Positions 44,769 through 54,514 of a stretch of 64,000 nt of DNA are shown piece after piece. Both the position numbers and the translations under genes were made by a program. Numbering within the stretch: position 1 is the stretch's first letter; each line of letters begins with the position of its first letter. The stretch comes from an uncultured Synergistales bacterium (GTDB lineage: Bacteria; Synergistota; Synergistia; Synergistales; Aminobacteriaceae): NCBI GenBank assembly GCA_905233725.1, contig CAJOEM010000001.1, forward strand, positions 2,772-66,771. The letters are read 5' to 3'. The notes below the pieces were generated by a model that was given only the letters and a program-made list of their open reading frames with translations, ran no database searches and was not told where the DNA came from.

Positions 44769-46211
44769 TTAAATTCCTCGTGGTTTTACGTCAATTCCGC
44801 GTTCTTCAGGAGTTCCAGGAATTAACGAGTCGCAAATCGCCGCACAAACTCCAGCTACAGCCATCGGAGTCTTCAGAATTGCCCAGACCATTCCGCCGAT
44901 CGTGTGCAAAACCTGATTATAACTCTCGCTCATGAACAATTCCTGATTCTGCTCAACCCAGCCAGGAAGTCCTAACGCCATCAAGAAAGCAAATCCTACG
45001 ATTAAAATATTTCTCTGGCTGCCCATGTCCGCGCGCATCAAAACCTGAATACCCATTGCGCCAATCGTGCCGAATAACGCAATATACGCACCGCCGATTA
45101 TCGGTGAAGGCATCGTCGCAATCAACGCGCTCAATTTCCCGACGAAGCTCATCAGGATTAAAATCACTGCTCCGGTTCTGACGACAACTCTCGAAGCAAC
45201 TCCAGTCAAGCCGATTAAGCCGATATTCTCAGTATACGAAGTCGTGCCAACTGAGCCAAAAACACCTGACAGCGCACAGCACAGACCTTCCGCACCAATT
45301 CCGCGGCTGATAGTTTCTGAATCCGGATCATCAACGCCTGAAGCATACGAAACTGAATGATAATCGCCAATACTCTCAATCATGCAAGCGAAAAATCCTG
45401 CGAGTAATGCAGCAAAAGCAGTAAGCCCGAATTTCGGCATTCCCCAAGGCATGATAATATTTTTCAAATCCTCAACGCTCGAAAATCTCAGCCAGGACGC
45501 AGCCTTCACAGTTTCAAGACTGATATACGCAGGGTGTTCCGGTGTAAAAACTCCGTTCAACGAAAGTCCAAGGCAAGCGCAATACGTGATTATTATCGCC
45601 AATAATATCGCAAAAATATTAATATACTTGTTCTTGATTACAAGGCTAAACAAGAATATCAGGATTACAACTGCGAGTGATGCCGGCCAGAATTTTGCTG
45701 CGTTGCCCTGAACTGCTGTGCCTGCGAGTGAGAAGCCGATTGCCATGATTACCGGACCGATTACGACAGGTGTGATTACTTTGCGAATGATCCCGACCAG
45801 GCGACTGTAGCCAACTATTGCGAGAATTACGCCGCCCGCAATTAATCCGCCGCCCAGATATTGCATGACGACATCTGCACCGGCAGCTTTATATAGCGCG
45901 ATAACCGTCATGACCGACGGGATAAACGAAAAGCTCGATCCCTGAACTATTGGAAGTCCTGAACCGAGCTTTTTGCTTGTCTGAATCAACGTTGCAACAC
46001 CCATTCCGAAATATACACATGAAATTAACGAAGCAATTTGTAACGCGTCCATTCCCATCGCTGGACCAAATATCAACGGAACGAGAGTCGTAGAGCCGAA
46101 TAGCGTCAACACGTGCTGAGCTCCCGACAGAATCGTTATCAAAAACGGCGGTTTGTCATTAATTCCGTATACCATGTTTCTTGCCATATTACTAAAATTC
46201 CTCCTGAGCAA
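44769..46211 (-). CDS. NCS2-family nucleobase (xanthine/uracil) permease
   Basis: 480 aa, polytopic, with NCS2-type motifs (LSGAQHVLTLFGSTTLVPL, TTSYTENIGLIGLTGVASR). Confidence 0.8.
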   Translation of the reverse strand: MLRRNFSNMARNMVYGINDKPPFLITILSGAQHVLTLFGSTTLVPLIFGPAMGMDALQIASLISCVYFGMGVATLIQTSKKLGSGLPIVQGSSFSFIPSVMTVIALYKAAGADVVMQYLGGGLIAGGVILAIVGYSRLVGIIRKVITPVVIGPVIMAIGFSLAGTAVQGNAAKFWPASLAVVILIFLFSLVIKNKYINIFAILLAIIITYCACLGLSLNGVFTPEHPAYISLETVKAASWLRFSSVEDLKNIIMPWGMPKFGLTAFAALLAGFFACMIESIGDYHSVSYASGVDDPDSETISRGIGAEGLCCALSGVFGSVGTTSYTENIGLIGLTGVASRVVVRTGAVILILMSFVGKLSALIATMPSPIIGGAYIALFGTIGAMGIQVLMRADMGSQRNILIVGFAFLMALGLPGWVEQNQELFMSESYNQVLHTIGGMVWAILKTPMAVAGVCAAICDSLIPGTPEERGIDVKPRGI

Positions 46212-46318
46212 AAAAAAATTTTTCCGAGCAAGAGACTTTACAGCTAAAATTCGTTTTTGTCAAGTGCTATAATGCTTGCGAATAAATTATTAACTCGAAA
46301 GGTTGTGTAAAAACTATC

Positions 46319-47953
46319 ATGAAAAAAAATCTCGCTTCAAAATTACTTCTCACGCTATTGGCATTACTCGCAGCATCGACGGCTTTTGCTGGAATAACCG
46401 TGAAAAATTACGTCGACGGTGATGTGATAATCGTACTCAAAAATCCAGATTCAAATCCAGATTCAAATTCAACGCTGACACTTGCATCTGCAGGCGAAAT
46501 TTCTGGAGCGAAAATCAGGCGCACTTTCGCAAATTTATCGCGCGCAAAAAATCAGACGTTCGCACTAATTCACTCCGATAATCTCTCGACTCAGGAATTA
46601 ATCAGCGAGTTGCAAAATAATCCCGACGTGATCGCTGCAAGTCCGAATTACAAAGTCCGCGCTGCAAAATTGCCAAACGATCCTGTAATTCCATCGGATT
46701 CAGACGACAGACTCTGGTCTCTCAAGAATATTAACGCTCCGGAAGCCTGGGAAATTTCAACAGGTTCAGATGACATTTACGTCGCAGTAATCGATACAGG
46801 AATCGATCACACACATCCGGATTTGAGCGGCGTAATTGCGACTGAATACGCTTACAACACAGTCGATAATAATTACGATGCTGCTGATATTCAGGGACAC
46901 GGAACTCACGTTGCAGGCACAATCGGAGCAAGAGGCAATAATAATCTCGGGCTTGTTGGCGTGAACTGGAACGTGAAAATAATTCCTGTGCGCGTTATGG
47001 ACAGCGATGGTTATGGCACTCTCGAGGACGTAATCGAAGGCGTAGATCACGTTATAGATCTCTTGCAAAAGAATCCAAACATGAAGCTCGTAGCTATGAA
47101 CATGTCGCTTGAATATTACGCTTACACTGTGCCGTCCGAACGTCAATTAAAAAGCGATGCTCTTTGGCTGTCATTCAAAACTCTCGATGACATGAACAGA
47201 ACTGTAATGGTCGTTGCGGCGGGAAATATCAGCGTTGAAGTTGGGAAACCTGTTCCGAGAACGATTAACGACAGCGGCTATATTATCCCGAAGAACTCGT
47301 ACGTTTACCCGGCATCATTCACTGGTCTGAAAAATCTTATCTCAGTTTCGGCGACGAATCAATCCGGGGAACTCACGAGCTACACGAACACGAACGCGAC
47401 AATCTCAGCACCGGGCGGCGATTATTACGGCGACGGCAGTTTAATCTTGAGCACGTGGCCAGCTAACATGTACGATTCTGGAAGATACACTCTCGATGAC
47501 GGAACGACAGTCTGCGAAATGCAGGGAACTTCTATGGCGACACCGCACATCGCTGGAGCAATCGCTCTATTACAATCAGCAGCGGGAATTTCCGGCAAAA
47601 CACGCTCAGCATATCAGCTCAAGATGGCGTTACTAGGCGGCTGTGACCCGAATTATTCTGCAAGCTCAAATTCATACGCGAAAATTTCTCAGGGCGGCGA
47701 CAATTTCAAGTTGAATTTACAGGACGCGATCGAATATCAAGAACAACGCATGAGTGATCCGTCGAACGACATAAGCGACACGGACGCAGTTTCAACGGAA
47801 TTTGCTGAGGATTTCGACAATACGCAATACGATTATGATTACGATTACAATATTCCACGTGCCAGACATTCCAGCAGCGGTGGCGGTTGTAATTCAGGTT
47901 TCGGGATAATACTCGCAGGGATTTGCCTTCTCGCGAGAAAAATACGCAAATAA
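46319..47953 (+). CDS. Subtilisin-like S8 serine peptidase with a Synergist-CTERM-like sorting tail
   Basis: Signal peptide. Catalytic triad contexts VAVIDTGIDHTHPD, HGTHVAGTIG and GTSMATPHIAG. C-terminus HSSSGGGCNSGFGIILAGICLLARKIRK. Confidence 0.85.
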   Translation: MKKNLASKLLLTLLALLAASTAFAGITVKNYVDGDVIIVLKNPDSNPDSNSTLTLASAGEISGAKIRRTFANLSRAKNQTFALIHSDNLSTQELISELQNNPDVIAASPNYKVRAAKLPNDPVIPSDSDDRLWSLKNINAPEAWEISTGSDDIYVAVIDTGIDHTHPDLSGVIATEYAYNTVDNNYDAADIQGHGTHVAGTIGARGNNNLGLVGVNWNVKIIPVRVMDSDGYGTLEDVIEGVDHVIDLLQKNPNMKLVAMNMSLEYYAYTVPSERQLKSDALWLSFKTLDDMNRTVMVVAAGNISVEVGKPVPRTINDSGYIIPKNSYVYPASFTGLKNLISVSATNQSGELTSYTNTNATISAPGGDYYGDGSLILSTWPANMYDSGRYTLDDGTTVCEMQGTSMATPHIAGAIALLQSAAGISGKTRSAYQLKMALLGGCDPNYSASSNSYAKISQGGDNFKLNLQDAIEYQEQRMSDPSNDISDTDAVSTEFAEDFDNTQYDYDYDYNIPRARHSSSGGGCNSGFGIILAGICLLARKIRK

Positions 47954-47957
47954 TAAA

Positions 47958-47986
47958 ATACCCGGGGGATTTGCTCTCTCGGGTAT
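47958..47986. terminator. Hairpin between convergent genes (S8 peptidase / iscU)
   Basis: ATACCCG ... CGGGTAT perfect 7-bp stem, with A/T-rich flanks on both sides. Confidence 0.5.
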
Positions 47987-48018
47987 TTCGCTAATTATTC
48001 CAGATTATTCCAGATTAA

Positions 48019-48435
48019 TTAATCCTCGTGATGTTCAATCGGGATAACGTCCATTCCGTGTTTCGCGCGATAATCATTCAGTGCTGTGTGAATCGCTTCC
48101 TCAGCCAAGACCGAACAGTGCATCTTAATCGGCGGCAATCCGTCCAAAGCTTCAGCAACCGCGCTATTCGTCAAGTCCCAAGCTTCCTGAACAGTCTTGC
48201 CCTTGATCATTTCCGTAGCCATGCTTGACGACGCAATCGCCGATGCACAGCCGAACGTCTTGAACTTCACGTCCTCGATAATTTTCGTTTCGTCATTGAC
48301 TTTGAGATATATTTTCATAATATCGCCGCACTTTGGATTTCCAGCTTCACCAACACCGTCTGCGTTCGAAATTTCCCCGACGTTTCTAGGATTCATGAAA
48401 TGATCCATAACTTTTTGACTGTAATCTAATGCCAT
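48019..48435 (-). CDS. iscU: Fe-S cluster scaffold protein IscU/NifU (N-terminal-domain type)
   Basis: NPRNVG, GNPKCGD, FGCASAIASSS and the HCS motif (three conserved Cys). Confidence 0.85.
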   Translation of the reverse strand: MALDYSQKVMDHFMNPRNVGEISNADGVGEAGNPKCGDIMKIYLKVNDETKIIEDVKFKTFGCASAIASSSMATEMIKGKTVQEAWDLTNSAVAEALDGLPPIKMHCSVLAEEAIHTALNDYRAKHGMDVIPIEHHED

Positions 48436-48466
48436 GATAATTTTTCCCCCTGTGATATATATAAAT

Positions 48467-49660
48467 TTACGCGTTACTCTTCAAAAAATCTTCCCATAAT
48501 GGCGACATTTCCCTGCGTCGTGCTACGATTTCCGGCAGAACTTCCAGCAAATATTTCACGTGATCATGTGTCGTCAATCTCCCGAGAGTGAATCTCAGCG
48601 AGCCGTGAGCCATCTCGTGTTTCAAACCCAACGCCAGCAGAACATGTGACGGATCCAAACTAGCCGATGAACACGCGCTTCCAGTTGAAGCAGAAATTCC
48701 GCGATAATCCAGATCGAGCAAGAGCGTTTCGCCTTCAACACCGATAAAGCTGCAGTTAATATTATTCGGCAAACGTTCAGAACCTGTCGCACCGTTTAAT
48801 TTCGCGTAAGGAATTTTCGCAAGTATGCCGGAAATTATTTCATCGCGCCAACTCGAGATTCTGCGCATGTCATCATCAAGTCTCGTCTTCAAGATTTCCA
48901 TTGCTTCACCGAGTCCGACGATCCCCGCTAAATTTTCCGTGCTTGCCCTTCGAGCGGATTCTTGACCGCCGCCGTGCATGAAATTTTCGAGCCTGATGCC
49001 CTTTCGAATATACAATGCGCCGATGCCTTTTGGAGCGTACATTTTGTGACCGGAGATTGACATCATATCAATATTCAGGTCTTTCACGTCGATATTCAAC
49101 TGCGCTGCTGCCTGAACTGCGTCCGTATGAAACAAGACTTTTTTCTCGCGACAGATTTCGCCGATTTTCTTGATTGGCTGTATTGTGCCGACTTCGTTAT
49201 TCGCGAACATAATCGAAACCAGAGCAGTCTTGTCATTAATTGCGTTTCGCACATCTTCGGGATTAACTCTGCCTTCAGAATCTACTGGCAAATACGTTAC
49301 GTCGAATCCGTGAATCTTGTGCAAATATTCCGCCGTGTGTAAAATCGCGTGATGTTCGATTTTGCTCGTGATTAAATGCGTCTTGCCCTTGGATTTCAAA
49401 TTTTCCAGCGTGCCTTTCAATGCCCAGTTATCAGATTCAGTGCCGGAACTTGTGAAAAATATTTCGGCTGGAGCTGCGTTGAAAGCGTTTGCGACTTGCA
49501 TTCTTGCCTTCTCGATAGCTGCGCGGCTTTTCTTCGAGTACGAGTACACCGATGACGGATTGCCGAAAACTTCCGAGAAATATGGCATCATAGCTTTCAT
49601 GACTTCGGGACTGACCGGTGTTGTCGCGGTATGATCCATGTACACAAATTTTTCCTGCAT
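48467..49660 (-). CDS. nifS: Cysteine desulfurase (NifS/IscS, class V aminotransferase)
   Basis: YMDHTATTP, SGHKMYAPKG (PLP lysine) and SSGSACSS (active-site Cys loop). Confidence 0.9.
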   Translation of the reverse strand: MQEKFVYMDHTATTPVSPEVMKAMMPYFSEVFGNPSSVYSYSKKSRAAIEKARMQVANAFNAAPAEIFFTSSGTESDNWALKGTLENLKSKGKTHLITSKIEHHAILHTAEYLHKIHGFDVTYLPVDSEGRVNPEDVRNAINDKTALVSIMFANNEVGTIQPIKKIGEICREKKVLFHTDAVQAAAQLNIDVKDLNIDMMSISGHKMYAPKGIGALYIRKGIRLENFMHGGGQESARRASTENLAGIVGLGEAMEILKTRLDDDMRRISSWRDEIISGILAKIPYAKLNGATGSERLPNNINCSFIGVEGETLLLDLDYRGISASTGSACSSASLDPSHVLLALGLKHEMAHGSLRFTLGRLTTHDHVKYLLEVLPEIVARRREMSPLWEDFLKSNA

Positions 49661-49681
49661 AAAAATCCTGCCTCCGTAAAA

Positions 49682-50176
49682 TTATTCTTTGCTTTCCTGT
49701 TCGCGTTTGACTGCACGATTCCTGACTTCTTCTCTGACTGGATCGACCTGAGTTTGATTCAACAACGCAACTTTCTCGTTCAACAAATCTTCAAGCGACG
49801 TTTCATCAAGAATTTCATCAACAGAATCTTTCACCCGCTGCCACAGAAAAAACGTTGGACATAGCGGGGCGTTCTTGCAGCCAACTTCAGTCTGACAATC
49901 TCCGAATATCAGCGACTCGTCAAGCGCGTTCAGAATATCCGAAATGCAAATCCCGCTCGCGTCACGTGACAAAACATAGCCGCCCTGAGCACCTCGAACA
50001 CTCGTCAACAAACCTTTCTTTCTGAGTTTCGCGAATAATTGCTCAAGATAATTCACCGGTATATTCTGACGTTTCGAAATATCACTCACACTCACGGGTT
50101 TGCGATTCGAGTCCGAATGCGAGTACAAATCCGATAGCGCATTAATCGCATAACGTGCCGTAACTGATAATCTCAA
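49682..50176 (-). CDS. iscR: Rrf2-family transcriptional regulator (IscR-like, three-Cys cluster site)
   Basis: MRLSVTARYAINAL N-terminal wHTH, and C..6..C..5..C (CQTEVGCKNAPLC). Sits upstream of nifS-iscU. Confidence 0.75.
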   Translation of the reverse strand: MRLSVTARYAINALSDLYSHSDSNRKPVSVSDISKRQNIPVNYLEQLFAKLRKKGLLTSVRGAQGGYVLSRDASGICISDILNALDESLIFGDCQTEVGCKNAPLCPTFFLWQRVKDSVDEILDETSLEDLLNEKVALLNQTQVDPVREEVRNRAVKREQESKE

Positions 50177-50270
50177 GATCTCACACTCTCATTCAATAGC
50201 AAAAATTTTTCACGCGAAATAATATTATATGCAACCTGCAAAGTCAAGATTAATTTCTCGCGCAAAATTT

Positions 50271-51398
50271 TCAGATTTTCGCATTGACACATTCCGCCCA
50301 AAATTTCGCAGCATTCTCGCTACCCATGAGATTTTTCACACGCATCAAGATCCTGTCCGTTTTTAATTTCACGTCTGGATTATTCAAGTACGCGCACAAT
50401 TCATGAATAATATTCTCAGGCGTGACAGAATCGCAAATTAATTCCGGATAGACTGCTTCTCCCGCCAGAAAATTCGGGATCGAAATATTCTTCACGTGAA
50501 CGAGGCTTCTCAGGAGCAAATACGTCAGCTTCTTCATGTTATAAATCACGACCATGAACTTGTTCAGCAACATCGCTTCGACCGCAACAGTCCCGGAAAC
50601 TCCGACTACAGCACACGAACCGGACATCAAATCGCGTCCCTCACCCTGCCAAATCTCGAAACCAGAACTTGCGACACGTTCACGAATATCACGCGCCAAA
50701 TTCTCGGATAAGCCACTCGAAACCGAAAATACCGGAACATAATTTCTCTCGCGCAAAATCTCAGCCGTACGCAGCAAAATCTCCAGATGAAACTTTATCT
50801 CATTCTTGCGGCTGCCGGGCATTAACGCTATAACTCTCGCATTGGCGAATCTTTCGCGAAATGTGCCGGGTATATCAAAATTGCGAAAATCATTCACCAA
50901 CGGGTGCGCTTTCCAGTACGAATCAATCCCGTGACGCTTCAAAAACTCATGCTCAAACGAGAACAACGGCAGGCAAAAATCAAAATCACGCTTCAAATTC
51001 TTCATTCGGCCAGCACGCCATGCCCAAACCGTCGGGGGAATTAACGAAACAATCTTGCCATGATAACCAGACTTGCGCAAATGTTTCGCCAGCAGCAGGT
51101 GAAAATCCGGACTATCGATCAATATTACAGCTTCAGGTTCTCGGCGCAAAATTTCTCGCGTAATATCATCTCGTAATCGCAAAATCCTCGGTAACGCCGG
51201 AATCACCGCAAAAATTCCCATTAATTTCAAGTTCTCGTAACTCCAGAGCAAGTCACAACCAGCTGCAACGCTTTTGGGACCGCACATGCCGAAAACATGA
51301 CCGGCAAATTCCGGACGCAATCTCAAAAATTCACTCACAAATGCGCTCGCGTACAAATCACCGCTGACTTCACCGCACGACACGAAAATTCCTCGCAT
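50271..51398 (-). CDS. lpxB: Lipid-A-disaccharide synthase LpxB
   Basis: CGEVSGDLYAS, LMGIFAVIP, IDSPDFHL and PTVWAWRAGR are collinear with E. coli LpxB motifs (GETSGD, VMGIVEVL, IDAPDFN, PSVWAWR). Confidence 0.8.
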   Translation of the reverse strand: MRGIFVSCGEVSGDLYASAFVSEFLRLRPEFAGHVFGMCGPKSVAAGCDLLWSYENLKLMGIFAVIPALPRILRLRDDITREILRREPEAVILIDSPDFHLLLAKHLRKSGYHGKIVSLIPPTVWAWRAGRMKNLKRDFDFCLPLFSFEHEFLKRHGIDSYWKAHPLVNDFRNFDIPGTFRERFANARVIALMPGSRKNEIKFHLEILLRTAEILRERNYVPVFSVSSGLSENLARDIRERVASSGFEIWQGEGRDLMSGSCAVVGVSGTVAVEAMLLNKFMVVIYNMKKLTYLLLRSLVHVKNISIPNFLAGEAVYPELICDSVTPENIIHELCAYLNNPDVKLKTDRILMRVKNLMGSENAAKFWAECVNAKI

Positions 51399-51410
51399 TA
51401 TAAAATTCCC

Positions 51411-52214
51411 CTAAATACCAAAAACAGCAATATTATATTTCTCAGCAAGCGCAAAAAATTTCTCGGGTTCAAGTATAATCGTACGTCCAGCTTCCACAGC
51501 CAGGCACGTCAAACCAGATTTCCGCATGTTCTCAAGAGTGCGCGTTCCTGTCGTAGGCAAATCGTAGCGCAAATCCTGAGTCTTCTTCATCATCTTGATT
51601 AATACGCCATGTTTCACAAGATTTCCGGCTCTTTGAATCATTGCGTCTGTGCCTTCCATTGCTTCAACTGCGACAACTGCTCCGTCAGCTACAACTATTG
51701 CTTGCCCAAACGAACACGGCAGCGTCACTTGCAAAATCTCACAGCCATATCTCACGTCATACATTTCGCGCTCACTTGGAACTCGTTGCGTCAAATTTCC
51801 TTTAGGGGCGAGAAATTCCGGGATTATTTGCCAGTACGGAATCACTTTCACACCGTTAGATTCAAATTCACTAACAATCGCTCCCAACAGTGAGTGATCA
51901 TCGTGCAAGCTTTTTCGCAAAACTTTCCGCGTAACTGAGTCAAACAGCATCGACGAGAGAAAATATATCGTCTTTTTGTGAATGCCGCCTGCCATAATTA
52001 ATGCGTCTGCACCCCAAGCTTTCACTTCACGAATCGCTCGACCCAACGCAGGTGTCCTGAACGACATGAACTTCTCAGAGTACAAACGCAAATCTTCAGA
52101 ATTATTGCAATTCGACATATTCATCGTAAAAATATTCTTGCCCTGCTCAGATAATTTTCTTGCAATCTCAACAGGCAAAACTCCATCGCCGGCAATCAAA
52201 ACTATCTTGTTCAT
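51411..52214 (-). CDS. lpxI: UDP-2,3-diacylglucosamine pyrophosphatase LpxI (DUF1009)
   Basis: IVLIAGDGVLPVEIA N-terminus and GQAIVVADGAVVAVEAMEGTDAMIQRAG...KKTQDLRYDLPTTG core. Located adjacent to lpxB. Confidence 0.72.
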   Translation of the reverse strand: MNKIVLIAGDGVLPVEIARKLSEQGKNIFTMNMSNCNNSEDLRLYSEKFMSFRTPALGRAIREVKAWGADALIMAGGIHKKTIYFLSSMLFDSVTRKVLRKSLHDDHSLLGAIVSEFESNGVKVIPYWQIIPEFLAPKGNLTQRVPSEREMYDVRYGCEILQVTLPCSFGQAIVVADGAVVAVEAMEGTDAMIQRAGNLVKHGVLIKMMKKTQDLRYDLPTTGTRTLENMRKSGLTCLAVEAGRTIILEPEKFFALAEKYNIAVFGI

Positions 52215-53317
52215 ATTCTGTCAACTCGCCACGAGAAATATAACGCTACGATTAAAAACAATACATTCGGTCCCCAACCTGCAACCACAGCCGGCAAATT
52301 TCCAGCTTCACCCAACGCCCTACACAGCGACATCACAACGTAATACGCGAACACGATTAAGACGCTAATTCCGAAACCAACGCCGCTGCCACCGGAACGA
52401 CTTTTTCTCGACGCACCCAGACCAGTTCCCAAAACCGCCATGATTACGCACGCCCAGGGAACAGCCAATTTCAAATGAAACATCACCCATAATCGCGACA
52501 AATCCGTTCCCGTTGTCAAAGCCTGATTAATATAATCCCATAATTCATGCGCACTCATATCCGATGGCTTTCGAGTTGAACGCTGTAATTGTTCCGGAGA
52601 TAATTTCAGAGCGAGTCTTTGCCTCTCAAATCTCAAAAGCAAATTCACGTCTCCCTGAGAATTTACGTCATACATTCTGCCGTCTTCTATCCACCATTGA
52701 GAATTTCGCCATATGCCGCGCTGAGCTGTGAGTGTGTTCGATAACGCGCCAGTGTCATTAAATTCGTGCATCATGATCCCGTTCATGATACCTTTTTTCG
52801 TGTCGAGTTGATCAATATATAGCACGCGCTTTAATTTCTTGTTCTCCTCTTCGCGCAAGAAAACTTTTTCCTGAACGGCTACGGCTTGATTCTTGAGAAT
52901 CTCGTAACGCATTAATTTATCCGCAGCAACTGACGCAAACGGCACTATAGTCTCGTTAAACGCGAGCGCACCGATTGAGATCAATATCGAACTCAGCAAA
53001 ACTGGACGCAAAATTCTCGTGAACGGAATGCCAAGTGACTTCAGCGCGATCAGCTCACTTGACGAATTCAGGCCGGACATTCCCAACAACGTCGCCAAAA
53101 GTGAGGACATCGGTATCGTCATCACGACGACTTCCGGCAACCTGTAGAAAAACAATCGCACGACAACTCCCAAAGCAATCCCGCGCTCAATAATCAATCT
53201 CGCAGCCTGAAACAGCAAATCTCCGGCGACAAATATCAGCACGAATATCAACACTCCGAAGACAAACGGACCTGCTGTTGCTCCCAGAATCAATCTATCT
53301 AGTAATTTTGGCTTCAT
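52211..53317 (-). CDS. LptF/LptG-family (YjgP/YjgQ) LPS export permease
   Basis: 368 aa. The N-terminal helix pattern LLDRLILGATAGPFVFGVLIFVLIF, a periplasmic beta-jellyroll insert, and C-terminal TM helices are present. There is a 4-nt overlap with lpxI. Confidence 0.75.
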   Translation of the reverse strand: MKPKLLDRLILGATAGPFVFGVLIFVLIFVAGDLLFQAARLIIERGIALGVVVRLFFYRLPEVVVMTIPMSSLLATLLGMSGLNSSSELIALKSLGIPFTRILRPVLLSSILISIGALAFNETIVPFASVAADKLMRYEILKNQAVAVQEKVFLREEENKKLKRVLYIDQLDTKKGIMNGIMMHEFNDTGALSNTLTAQRGIWRNSQWWIEDGRMYDVNSQGDVNLLLRFERQRLALKLSPEQLQRSTRKPSDMSAHELWDYINQALTTGTDLSRLWVMFHLKLAVPWACVIMAVLGTGLGASRKSRSGGSGVGFGISVLIVFAYYVVMSLCRALGEAGNLPAVVAGWGPNVLFLIVALYFSWRVDRI

Positions 53318-53323
53318 AATTCG

Positions 53324-54496
53324 CTAAAACTCCGACAGAGCTGTAGCCGAATATTTGTGCGTCATGTCATTCTTGAGCCTGTCAAGCAGGGATTTCGCCG
53401 TTGGAACATCTGACGTTCCCGAGGGATAATACACCGACACACTCAGCATCGTCACGTTGTAATACACGTTGTAAGTCTCACAAAGCGTATTCACCAGAGA
53501 CATCAATCTTTCAGCTACGTTCTCTTCCATGGGCTTGTCACATTCCGGCAAAATTACCGCGACTTGCGTGTCATCGAGTTGAACAGCCGTGTCCGACGCA
53601 CGAATATCTTTCTTGATCAGCGCACAATACGCATTAAACGGCTCTGTATATTTGCTCATGTCCTCATCAGGCAGCAGCTTCGGGAAAACTACGCGAATCA
53701 GAATCGCACAGACAGATCTTCCGTAGCGCTCCAACCTGTACAAATCATCGCTGATTCTCGCCATCGCATATTGATACGTGTGAAGCTTCGTCTCAGGATC
53801 AAAGAACGTAACAGCATTTTGCGACACACTTTCACCGTTCTCAGTTTGCGTAGATTCGTCACCAGTCGGCAAGCCCTTCTGATGAAGCTCGAAATAATAT
53901 CTGTGTCCACCATCGGTCATTTTGCGCGTAATATCCCAGAATTTGTCTTTTATCTGCGCGGTTTTGCTAACCGGACTGAAGAACTCCGAGATATTTTTCC
54001 CGACAACATCATCGCGTAACTCGTCAATCGCGTCTAACATTTCATTCGTAACGTTCAAGATTACGCCGGTTTCATCAGTTATCGCAAATTTCGCAGGGAT
54101 TCGCTTCACGTCATTCTCAACGCCCTTGGGGATTCTCGCCTGAGCGTTCTCGATTTGTTCCTGATTATACGCCACGACAAGCGCAACAGCTCCACACACA
54201 GCAATCACAACTCCGAGCCACTGTACCATTCGCGCGCCGTAAACTATCGCCAGCGGACACAGCAATATTCCCTGAGTAACAGCCTGCAACGAGATTAAGC
54301 CCACATTGAATCCGTGAGTTATGAACATTCCGTACAAGAAGCTCAGTACGATGAATAATAGCCAGATTAACGCCCAAATCGCAAGATCAACTTCACCGAT
54401 AACGCTGCCACCGCCCATAACCTGCGCAAAAAACACAGTTCCAATCGCTACGACCGGCGGCACAGTTATCCATTTGAAAAAATTATTCTGCCCCAT
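53324..54496 (-). CDS. Membrane protein with a PAS-like segment and a degenerate (probably inactive) GGDEF-like domain
   Basis: Four N-terminal TM helices. ITDETGVILNVTNEMLDAIDELRDDVVGKNISEFF is PAS-like. The C-terminal fold resembles GGDEF, but the signature reads LDDTQ (..SDTAVQLDDTQVAVILPECD..). Confidence 0.4.
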   Translation of the reverse strand: MGQNNFFKWITVPPVVAIGTVFFAQVMGGGSVIGEVDLAIWALIWLLFIVLSFLYGMFITHGFNVGLISLQAVTQGILLCPLAIVYGARMVQWLGVVIAVCGAVALVVAYNQEQIENAQARIPKGVENDVKRIPAKFAITDETGVILNVTNEMLDAIDELRDDVVGKNISEFFSPVSKTAQIKDKFWDITRKMTDGGHRYYFELHQKGLPTGDESTQTENGESVSQNAVTFFDPETKLHTYQYAMARISDDLYRLERYGRSVCAILIRVVFPKLLPDEDMSKYTEPFNAYCALIKKDIRASDTAVQLDDTQVAVILPECDKPMEENVAERLMSLVNTLCETYNVYYNVTMLSVSVYYPSGTSDVPTAKSLLDRLKNDMTHKYSATALSEF

Positions 54497-54514
54497 AATT
54501 CCTATAATTAGCTA

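Noticed and set aside
46212-46318. Looked for a purine riboswitch upstream of the NCS2 nucleobase permease
   Set aside because: The divergent intergenic region is only 107 nt, and I could not fold the conserved three-way junction or find its loop motifs. It seems to hold only promoters (e.g. extended -10 TGCTATAAT for the S8 gene).
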